DNA of 32,000 nucleotides from Candidatus Electrothrix yaqonensis (GTDB lineage Bacteria; Desulfobacterota; Desulfobulbia; Desulfobulbales; Desulfobulbaceae): NCBI GenBank assembly GCA_047651235.1, contig CP178758.1, positions 1,920,001 to 1,952,000 of the forward strand, read 5' to 3'. Shown piece by piece: positions 24,813 to 32,000 of this stretch (position 1 is its first letter; each line of letters starts with the position of its first letter). The notes under the pieces were generated by a model. It saw only the letters and a program-made list of their open reading frames with translations, ran no database searches and was not told where the DNA came from. The position numbers and the translations under genes were made by a program.

Positions 24813-27416
24813 ATGAGAGAAGCGGAGCTGCTGAAGATAAAGACTGGCGGGGATTCCTCCGGAAGAGTATACAGGATAAAAAGGAACATTTTCATCTCCC
24901 TGTTTGCAGGCATGATTGTGCTCGGGACAGTTTATCTGATTTCTATATATATTATGTATAGAAGTCAGGATGATGCCCGTCAAAACGAGTGGCGGAAAAT
25001 GCTTGCTGGCACATATCAGCGCACCCTGAAGAACTCTGCAACAGAGCTTGACACCCTTCTTGATGTCCTGAAAATTAATAAAGAACTGCAGCAGCTTTTC
25101 CTGGCCAAAGACCGGGTCGGACTCCGGAATGCGGTCCGGGAAGTCGCGCAGAATCTCAGAAAGCATTGCGGGGTAACCCATTTTTATTTTCATAACGCTG
25201 ACCGGGTCAACTTTCTCCGGATGCATCAGCCGGACCAATACGGCGACCATATCGACCGGCTGACTCTGCGACAGGCTGCTGTAACCGGATGGTCTGTTGC
25301 CGGGCTGGAGCTCGGTCCGCTCGGCACCCTGACCCTGCGGGTGGTTGTGCCCTGGTATGCGGACAATCAACTGATCGGCTATCTGGAGCTGGGCAAGGAA
25401 CTGGCTGCCATGCTGTCCGTGTTTGAGGAATCTGAGGCGCCGCTTGACGGGTATCTGCTCACCGTTCATAAAGCCGATATTGACCGGCAGGGCTGGGAAC
25501 AGGGCATGGCCATGCTCGGCCATCCGGCAGACTGGTCCGTTTTTCCGGATCGGGTGATCATGATGAACACGCTGCCGGAGCAGTTTGATCATACAGGGTA
25601 TTTTCAGGGAGGAAGCAACGGGATTACCGTCCTGCTGCGCAAAATCCTTCCGAAAACCGCATATTCTCTGCGCTACACCTTGCCTCTGGAGGATTTTTCC
25701 GGAAAACAGGTGGGCAGTCTCCTGTTTGTCCGTGATGAACTGCATGAACTGCTGGCTGCCCGACAGGTGACCAATCTGTTTCTGGTGCTGCTGATGGGGC
25801 TGGGCGCGTCACTGCTGACTGTCTATTACCTCCTGCTGCAGAAGACGGAAAATCGGCTGGCAGAGTCCTACGAACGCCTGGCCACCTTTATGGAGACCAT
25901 GCCGGATGCTGTTTTTTTCAAAGACGGTAAGGGCCGCTGGCTGCTGACCAATCAGGTTGCCAGAGAACTTTTTCAGGTCCAGAATTCTCCCTGGCAGGGA
26001 AAGACAGAGGCCGAACTTGCCGAGGAGCGGCCCGCCTTTGCTTCTGTACATCATGTCTGTGCGGCAAGTGACCGGAGGGCGTGGCAGAACAGGGAAATGC
26101 TGATCGAGTACGAGCATCTGACAGATGCTGACGGATGGGACCGCATTTTTGAAGTCAGAAAAATGCCGATTTTTTTTCCTGACGGCGGGCGTAAGGCATT
26201 GGTTGTTATCGGCCGTGATATCACCGGGCGCAGAGAGATGGAGCAGCAGCTGATCCGGGCCAGACAGGAGGCTGAGGCGGCCAGCGAGGCCAAATCGCAG
26301 TTTCTTGCCAATATGAGTCACGAGATCCGGACGCCCATGAATGCGGTCATCGGCATGTCCCGGCTTGCTCTGGAAACTGATCTCAGCCCGCAGCAGAAGA
26401 GTTATGTTGAGAAGGTGCACGGCTCTGCGGAACTGCTGCTCGGCATCCTCAACGACATTCTTGACTTCTCCAAGATTGAAGCCGGGAAAATGTCGCTTGA
26501 GCATATTGATTTCAGCCTGCAGGCAGTGCTGGACAATCTCATCAACCTTATCGGGTTCAAGGCGGCGGAAAAAGAGCTGGACCTGCATATGCATGTCCCC
26601 CCTAATGTGCCTGATGTGCTCAGAGGCGATCCACTGCGTCTGGGCCAGATACTGATCAATCTGGGCAATAATGCGGTCAAGTTCACCCGGGAAGGCAGCG
26701 TGGTGGTCAGTGTTGAACTGGAAAAAAAGACAGGCACACAGGTGACCCTGCATTTCTGCGTCTCAGACACCGGTATCGGTATGACCAGGGAACAGCAGAG
26801 CCGGCTGTTTCAGTTCTTCAGCCAGGCGGACACCTCCACTGTCCGGAAGTACGGGGGCACCGGACTGGGATTGGCCATCAGCAAACGGCTGGTTGAAATG
26901 ATGGGCGGCACGATCCGGGTCAACAGCGAGTTCGGCAGGGGAACCAGCTTTCATTTTGTCCTGCCCGTGGAACTCGGCGATGCTGCTGCTCTGGCCCGGC
27001 AGCAGTCAGCAGAGGTGCCGCATATCGACCGGCTGCGCGGAGCAAACATATTGCTGGTAGAAGACCACGAGATAAATCAAGAGCTTGCCGTTATCCTGCT
27101 GCAGCGGTACGGTATGCATGTAACTGCAGTATCTAATGGGGAAGAGGCCCTGCAGGCTCTGGAATCCGGGAGTTTTGACGGCGTGCTGATGGATATCCAG
27201 ATGCCGGTCATGGACGGGTATACTGCCTGCCGGGCCATCCGTCGGCAGCCGCAGTACAGAAACCTCCCGGTCATTGCCCTGACGGCTAATGTCATGGCAG
27301 AGGACAGGGAAAAAGCCAAGGCTGCAGGTATGGACGGCCATATCGGCAAGCCCTTCCGGGAAGAGGAAATGCTGGCCGTTATGGTCAGGCTGATCAGGCC
27401 TGAGAAGATGTTTTAA
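24813..27416 (+). CDS. hybrid sensor histidine kinase/response regulator (TM, periplasmic sensor region, TM, PAS, HisKA, HATPase_c, REC)
   Basis: 867 aa. H-box [16 protein letters not shown]. ATPase boxes [27 protein letters not shown]. Receiver domain [11 protein letters not shown]...[14 protein letters not shown]...LTAN...GHIGKPF. PAS-like segment [18 protein letters not shown]. Confidence 0.92.
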   Translation: MREAELLKIKTGGDSSGRVYRIKRNIFISLFAGMIVLGTVYLISIYIMYRSQDDARQNEWRKMLAGTYQRTLKNSATELDTLLDVLKINKELQQLFLAKDRVGLRNAVREVAQNLRKHCGVTHFYFHNADRVNFLRMHQPDQYGDHIDRLTLRQAAVTGWSVAGLELGPLGTLTLRVVVPWYADNQLIGYLELGKELAAMLSVFEESEAPLDGYLLTVHKADIDRQGWEQGMAMLGHPADWSVFPDRVIMMNTLPEQFDHTGYFQGGSNGITVLLRKILPKTAYSLRYTLPLEDFSGKQVGSLLFVRDELHELLAARQVTNLFLVLLMGLGASLLTVYYLLLQKTENRLAESYERLATFMETMPDAVFFKDGKGRWLLTNQVARELFQVQNSPWQGKTEAELAEERPAFASVHHVCAASDRRAWQNREMLIEYEHLTDADGWDRIFEVRKMPIFFPDGGRKALVVIGRDITGRREMEQQLIRARQEAEAASEAKSQFLANMSHEIRTPMNAVIGMSRLALETDLSPQQKSYVEKVHGSAELLLGILNDILDFSKIEAGKMSLEHIDFSLQAVLDNLINLIGFKAAEKELDLHMHVPPNVPDVLRGDPLRLGQILINLGNNAVKFTREGSVVVSVELEKKTGTQVTLHFCVSDTGIGMTREQQSRLFQFFSQADTSTVRKYGGTGLGLAISKRLVEMMGGTIRVNSEFGRGTSFHFVLPVELGDAAALARQQSAEVPHIDRLRGANILLVEDHEINQELAVILLQRYGMHVTAVSNGEEALQALESGSFDGVLMDIQMPVMDGYTACRAIRRQPQYRNLPVIALTANVMAEDREKAKAAGMDGHIGKPFREEEMLAVMVRLIRPEKMF

Positions 27417-27434
27417 AAACCCTGCTGAACACAG

Positions 27435-29198
27435 CTATACAGGATAGGCAATCCGTTTTATATTCAGCAGATGTTTATACGTAACATTGTCTGTAGTTGA
27501 GTTTCCCTGGAATGTACCGCACCCTAAGGTCATGGAGGGAGATAAAGCACTGCTGGCACCTATGCACCCTAACGACCCTCCGGTATTAACCAGAATACGG
27601 CTGGCAGGCATCGCAAGGCCGAACCTCTTTGCCAACTTCTTATTTTGCGTATGAATAATTGCCGTATGCCCCCTCCCTTCATTTAAAAGAAGCTGTTTAC
27701 ACAGCTCAAACCCGGAGTTTTCATCTTCAAAGGTAAAAAGTGAAAGAACCGGCATTAACTTTTCCCGACCATATGCTTCTTGGATCTGATCATTTTTTAG
27801 AGGAACAACAAGAAGTCTGATTTTGCAGTCCCGTTTTATCCCGGATAAGTATGCAATATTTTCTGCTGATTTTCCAATTATTTTCTTTTGCACATATTGG
27901 AACGTTTCGTCAAAAATACAGGCGGTAAGCAGGGGAATCTCCTCCGGAGTCAATATGGCTGCTCCTGATTTTTCCAGAAACCGGAGAAAAATATCTTTAC
28001 TTGAAGAGGCAACGACCAAGTTGTTTTCAGAGCCGCAGATAACACCGTTGTCAAAGCTTTTGCTGCTGACTACCGTCTGAGCCGTGTTCCGCAGATCCGC
28101 ATCCGCGCATATCATTACCGGAGCATTGCCCGACCCGACGCCGAGAGCAGGTGTACCAGAACTGTAGGCGGCTTTCACCATACGCGGTCCTCCGGTTGCC
28201 AAAATAAAGGAAACATCCTTATGCCGCATAAGCAGTGATGTTGTCAGGCGGCTTGTACGTTCTTTCCACCATTGAACAAGGACGGACGGTGCGCCGTGTT
28301 TCTGCAGAATCCTTCGAATCAGCTCACCTGCTTTATTCCCGACTTTCAGGGCGTTTCGATGGGAACTTATAATTAATGCATTGCGGGATTTTATACAGAT
28401 TATTGTTTTGAAAAGTAACGTAGGCACTGGGTTGGTTACCGGAACCAACCCCAAAACAACACCTACAGGGCTTGCTATTTCGATCAGCCCTCCTGCTTCA
28501 TCCTGTCGAATAACGCCGAAAGCCTTTTTGCCCAAAAAACTTCGGGCAATTTCCGAGCAGACAAAATGGAGTTTTGTAACTTTATCAGCCGCTACACCAT
28601 ATCCTGTTTCAGAAACCTCCTCTTCAGCGAGAGATTCGGCCTGCTCCAAAAAACACTTTATGATCTCCCGGACGAGCGCGTCAACTCGTTCTTCCGTCCA
28701 ACTTTCAAAACTTTTTTGAGCCGTCACCCCTGCGGAAACCATCTTTTCGATTTCCGGAGGATATGTTGTGGTTGCCTGGAAGTCAGCCGACTCAACACTG
28801 ATCCTTCTGATAAGCCGCACCAGATGCCTCGACAACACAGCAAAGCATGCAGAAGTAACTTTTGGATTTTGTGCTTGAAGAGCGGCAAAATCTTCAACTG
28901 ACAGATGACGTACGATGACATCGGTGTGAGCATAATAATTGGCAGAACGCGGCCCGTCATCAATCAGGCTGAACTCACCGATCGTTGACCCGGCGTTGAG
29001 ATATTTCAGAATCCATTCATCAGGTTGACCCGCCTGATGGATGGATTCAATCCGAATTGTACCTTCATCAAGTATAAAAAAGCCATTTCTTGAGCTTCCT
29101 TTTTCTGCAATTAATTCCCCTTGTTTATAACGAACCGATTTTAAATAACTTTCAACAGCCTCGCGCTCCTCTGGTTCTAGCTTGTTTAGTAATTGCAT
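27435..29198 (-). CDS. fusion protein: N-terminal cyclic-nucleotide-binding (Crp-type effector) domain plus AdhE/EutE-type CoA-acylating aldehyde dehydrogenase domain
   Basis: 587 aa. cNMP pattern FFILDEGTIRIE...GSTIGEFSLIDDGPRSANYYA. ALDH pattern colinear with the AdhE N-terminal half: PVGVVLGLVPVTNPVPT, SSHRNA, ILATGGPRMVKAAYSSGTPALGVGSGNAPV, SKSFDNGVICGSENNLVV (catalytic Cys), GHTAIIH, SPSMTLGCGTFQGNSTTDNVTYKHLLN. Confidence 0.85.
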   Translation of the reverse strand: MQLLNKLEPEEREAVESYLKSVRYKQGELIAEKGSSRNGFFILDEGTIRIESIHQAGQPDEWILKYLNAGSTIGEFSLIDDGPRSANYYAHTDVIVRHLSVEDFAALQAQNPKVTSACFAVLSRHLVRLIRRISVESADFQATTTYPPEIEKMVSAGVTAQKSFESWTEERVDALVREIIKCFLEQAESLAEEEVSETGYGVAADKVTKLHFVCSEIARSFLGKKAFGVIRQDEAGGLIEIASPVGVVLGLVPVTNPVPTLLFKTIICIKSRNALIISSHRNALKVGNKAGELIRRILQKHGAPSVLVQWWKERTSRLTTSLLMRHKDVSFILATGGPRMVKAAYSSGTPALGVGSGNAPVMICADADLRNTAQTVVSSKSFDNGVICGSENNLVVASSSKDIFLRFLEKSGAAILTPEEIPLLTACIFDETFQYVQKKIIGKSAENIAYLSGIKRDCKIRLLVVPLKNDQIQEAYGREKLMPVLSLFTFEDENSGFELCKQLLLNEGRGHTAIIHTQNKKLAKRFGLAMPASRILVNTGGSLGCIGASSALSPSMTLGCGTFQGNSTTDNVTYKHLLNIKRIAYPV

Positions 29199-29350
29199 AG
29201 CGTTAAAATCTGTTTAAAAAACCTACTGGGTTAATCTTCTGATGGGAATACTGGTCATGGAAATCTGAATCATCGCCCCGATTTTTTCTGCAACCACCTC
29301 ATAATCCTTTAATTTCCTGCTGAAATTAAACATCCAGGCGAAAACAGCTT

Positions 29351-29731
29351 CTAAATCCCTGCTACTTGAACAATCATATAAACAAATAGAAATAAAGCAA
29401 AAAATATCATAATGACTGTCAGTATAATGCTTGGCCATTTGGAACGATAATATTGAGGAGTTTCCGATTCAATTGCTTTTTCATAATGAATAAATCTGAT
29501 TGTTGATCCGGCAATAATAGCAACTGATACCAGCATGAACCCCAAAGCAATATATTCAACCGATGCAGAATGCTTGAAACGAAAGGGACTTCCAGCTGCA
29601 TGGCTGATATAGGAAAGAAATAAATCAAATTTTTCTACCAGAAATCCAAATGCCATGACAGCTATTGCCGTTCTTATCCACGCCAAGTATGTCCTTTCAT
29701 TCGCCGCATGGTCTCTAAATCGATTTATCAT
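29351..29731 (-). CDS. YidH/DUF202-family inner-membrane protein
   Basis: 126 aa. Family signature ANERTYLAWIRTAIAVMAFGF followed by two further TM helices. Confidence 0.8.
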   Translation of the reverse strand: MINRFRDHAANERTYLAWIRTAIAVMAFGFLVEKFDLFLSYISHAAGSPFRFKHSASVEYIALGFMLVSVAIIAGSTIRFIHYEKAIESETPQYYRSKWPSIILTVIMIFFALFLFVYMIVQVAGI

Positions 29732-29781
29732 ACTGTTGATATAGAATAGGAGTTACGCTGTTGGATTTACAATCTTTATAA

Positions 29782-29803
29782 CCAGTTGATTTTATTCAAC
29801 TGG
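29782..29803. terminator. perfect 8-bp stem / 6-nt loop hairpin downstream of the DUF1499 gene (weak terminator candidate)
   Basis: CCAGTTGA (29782-29789), TTTTAT, TCAACTGG (29796-29803). On the minus strand it is followed by TTATAAAG. Confidence 0.3.
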
Positions 29804-29934
29804 CAGTTTGTATCTTTAGCAGGTCAACCTATTGTAACAACAGTGCTTCCTGTTTTCAACTGCGTAACTTCTAATAGAAATTATAACGCTACGTTCACCA
29901 GCGCTGATCACCGCGTCCGGTAAAGTGACTGGCT

Positions 29935-30402
29935 TCAATGTTTCCGGCTTGTTTTTTGGGATGTTCCGAATCTGCTTCGGATCCGCTCAATTCGTTTTCG
30001 GTTGGCACCGAGATCGGAATATCCTATACGGGAAGCTGAACGGACATGAATGATTCTCTCATCATCCTGCTTTTCCGGAAAATAAAATTCAACGTCATCA
30101 ATAAATCGAAACAGCGCAGACGTAAACTCTGCCCGAATATAATCATCTTGAACTTCCAGAATCTTTGTTCGATCTTTGGACTCAAGTATCTGCAGGAGAC
30201 GGTCTTGCGCTTCCTGTTCTGTTCCAGTGAAATGGAGAGGCGGAATATAATGTTTTTCATCTGCTGTCTGACTGTTCACACAGTTCGGAGCTTCCGGGCA
30301 TGCCATCAGCTCGCCATTCTTTAGCCCCAGCTCAGGTCTGCTCCCTGAACAACCCGTTAACAGGAGCAGGATTGTCGGAAGAACAAGAAGTTGTCTGTTC
30401 AA
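29935..30402 (-). CDS. DUF1499-family lipoprotein
   Basis: 155 aa, apparent TTG start. Lipobox LLLTGCSG. CPEAPNCVNSQ motif characteristic of DUF1499. FIDDVEFYF...IHVRSASRIGYSDLGANRKR. Confidence 0.78.
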   Translation of the reverse strand: MNRQLLVLPTILLLLTGCSGSRPELGLKNGELMACPEAPNCVNSQTADEKHYIPPLHFTGTEQEAQDRLLQILESKDRTKILEVQDDYIRAEFTSALFRFIDDVEFYFPEKQDDERIIHVRSASRIGYSDLGANRKRIERIRSRFGTSQKTSRKH

Positions 30403-30437
30403 TATCCTTTGTCCGTTGTGGTTATACCACTTGAAGT

Positions 30438-30472
30438 CAGCCGCAAGAAAAAGGCCGTTTTTTTTGCGGCTG
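30438..30472 (-). terminator. long hairpin after tpx (7 GC-rich base pairs extended by A-run/T-run pairing, 5-nt loop)
   Basis: CAGCCGC+AAGAAAAA (30438-30452), loop GGCCG, TTTTTTTT+GCGGCTG (30458-30472). Starts 89 nt downstream of the tpx stop on the minus strand. Confidence 0.45.
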
Positions 30473-30560
30473 GAGTGTGGAGTGATTTGTAAGGTGGATT
30501 CGGGACGGAAAGGCTTTTTCCCAAATTCAGCGGTCCGGTGCAGCGGTTCAGGCCTGTCCT

Positions 30561-31064
30561 TTATGACGACAGGATATTGAGTGCATTCTGATAATCCGGC
30601 TCCTCTGCTATTTCAGGAACCAGTTGGGTGTAGATGACTTTTCCTTCCTCATTGAGCACAACAATTGCCCTGGCAAAGAGACCTGCCAGCGCACTGTCGA
30701 TGAGACGGACGCCGTAGTCCCTGCCGAAGTCGTCCGATCTCAGCTCTGAAACGGAAACGACATTCTCCAGGCCTTCTGCACCGCAGAATCGGGCATGCGC
30801 AAAGGGAAGATCCCGTGAGATGCAGAGCACTTCCGTGTTTTCCAGCTTGCCCGCTTCCGCATTAAACCGGCGGACACTGGCTGCACACACGGGAGTGTCC
30901 ACGCTGGGAAAAATATTTAAAACCAGCTTTTTCCCTTTGTACTGAGTTAATGAGATATCGCTCATGTCAGTTTTTGTCAATGTAAAATCAGGTGCATCCT
31001 GTCCTGCAGCCGGCAGCTCACCTACAGTATTGACCGGTGTTCCCTGAAATGTAACTTGCGCCAT
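30561..31064 (-). CDS. tpx: thiol peroxidase (atypical 2-Cys peroxiredoxin)
   Basis: 167 aa. [25 protein letters not shown] (peroxidatic Cys) and HARFCGAEG (resolving Cys), closely matching the E. coli Tpx motifs as I recall them. Confidence 0.93.
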   Translation of the reverse strand: MAQVTFQGTPVNTVGELPAAGQDAPDFTLTKTDMSDISLTQYKGKKLVLNIFPSVDTPVCAASVRRFNAEAGKLENTEVLCISRDLPFAHARFCGAEGLENVVSVSELRSDDFGRDYGVRLIDSALAGLFARAIVVLNEEGKVIYTQLVPEIAEEPDYQNALNILSS

Positions 31065-31147
31065 TGTGTTGTTCCTCCTGTTAAATGAGATGGTTCGTTG
31101 TGAGTGGTAATTGCTGAGAAGAGGTTAGAGAGGGAGGTTGTAAAGAA

Positions 31148-32000
31148 TCACAACCGTTTGCTTACTGAAATAAAAAATTCCACACCTGCATTTGTATCCG
31201 GTTTACACCAGGCACTCCCGCCATGCTGTTCAGCTATCTCTTTGACAATTGCGAGACCAAAACCGAAGCCTTCTATGCCGGACGCATTGATTCCCTGTTC
31301 CAAAAAAACAAAGAGCTTTTCGTCATCTCCTTCAGGAATACCAGCACCGTTATCTTGTACAGAGAGAATATGGAACTGGTCGGTTTCTGTATAACCTATC
31401 TTTATTTGATTTAAATCTTCTCCGCCATATTTTAATGCATTCTGAACAAGATTCCGCAGGACTCTCAACAGGGACAACCTGTCAGCTCGTATTGCAGGTA
31501 AAGTTTCAGATGCAGTCAATTCTATCTGCCGATGCGTTAAAGGGACGTTAAATTCATCTTTTATCTCCAGAACAAGGTCAGGTAAATTCACCTGTTCAAG
31601 CTGCAGCCGTTGTTTTTGGGTTAATATGTATGTATTGATATTGTCAATAAGTACAGCCAGCTGTTCAGAAGATCTGAGGATTTGATCGCAGCATGTCTTT
31701 CCTTTTTCATCAAGGAAATGGCTGTGATTATTACGGAGGCGATTTGTCAGCCCGCAGAGTGCAATAGTCGGATTCTTGAGATCATGGGCCATTGTATAGG
31801 CAAACCGCTTGACCTGTTCGGATGTTGCTTCCAGATTTCTTAAGATAGGATTGGTTATCTTAAAGAAAAGAGCAACCCCGATGGCGATCATAAGCACCGC
31901 AACAGTCCCGCTCAGTAAACCGGCCTGAATAAATGGTTCCCGCACTTCTGCAAGATCAATTTTTGCAACGATCCCAAGGTTCAGTTCCGCTACCGGTTCA
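31148..32000 (-). CDS. sensor histidine kinase, 5' end probably beyond the window
   Basis: H-box FAYTMAHDLKNP. ATPase boxes QNALKYG, DNGAGIP, GFGFGLAI. The frame stays open upstream of the tracked GTG (31945) to the window edge (...PVAELNLGIVAKIDLAEV-REPF...), and a TM helix follows immediately. This suggests an upstream sensor domain. Confidence 0.8.
   Translation of the reverse strand, partial: EPVAELNLGIVAKIDLAEVREPFIQAGLLSGTVAVLMIAIGVALFFKITNPILRNLEATSEQVKRFAYTMAHDLKNPTIALCGLTNRLRNNHSHFLDEKGKTCCDQILRSSEQLAVLIDNINTYILTQKQRLQLEQVNLPDLVLEIKDEFNVPLTHRQIELTASETLPAIRADRLSLLRVLRNLVQNALKYGGEDLNQIKIGYTETDQFHILSVQDNGAGIPEGDDEKLFVFLEQGINASGIEGFGFGLAIVKEIAEQHGGSAWCKPDTNAGVEFFISVSKRL

Noticed and set aside
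22630-26753. Long ORFs 22630-23439 (+), 24789-25745 (-), 25809-26753 (-)
   Set aside because: They lie antisense to the VWA and hybrid histidine kinase genes, both of which have strong domain signatures. No motifs of their own.

Overview
32-kb chromosomal window from a Gram-negative bacterium, as shown by an LptF/G permease and lipoproteins. The fused ispDF, a DUF4445/ASKHA protein and cNMP/two-component signalling suggest an anaerobic Desulfobacterota-like organism, but that taxonomy is inference only. All calls come from hand reading of the ORF track and sequence motifs; no searches were run. I see about 24 protein genes and no rRNA, tRNA or CRISPR.

Layout:
(1) 1-6421: a seven-gene minus-strand cluster. 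It holds a DUF2207-type protein split into two genes (both with poly-Gly tails), a sulfotransferase-like gene, an M48 metallopeptidase and three tandem AIM24/TIGR00266 paralogues.
(2) 6981-8970: housekeeping genes (TrmN6/YfiC-like methyltransferase, ispDF).
(3) 9144-13217: the standout, a 1357-aa secreted protein. It consists of a signal peptide, a CBM3, 30 tandem 24-aa four-cysteine repeats (72-bp period, 2.2 kb) and a right-handed beta-helix.
(4) 13292-16262: a DUF4445/ASKHA protein and an LptF/G permease.
(5) 16294-18175: a graveyard of IS630- and IS701-family remnants with nested MITE-like mini-elements and A-run frameshifts.
(6) 18206-21073: a second secreted beta-helix/PKD/beta-helix protein.
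(7) 21338-32000: a VWA-lipoprotein operon, a hybrid histidine kinase, an unusual cNMP-binding::AdhE-type aldehyde dehydrogenase fusion, YidH/DUF202, a DUF1499 lipoprotein, tpx and a partial histidine kinase.

The best candidates for undescribed biology are the Cys-repeat protein and the DUF2207/M48/AIM24 cluster.
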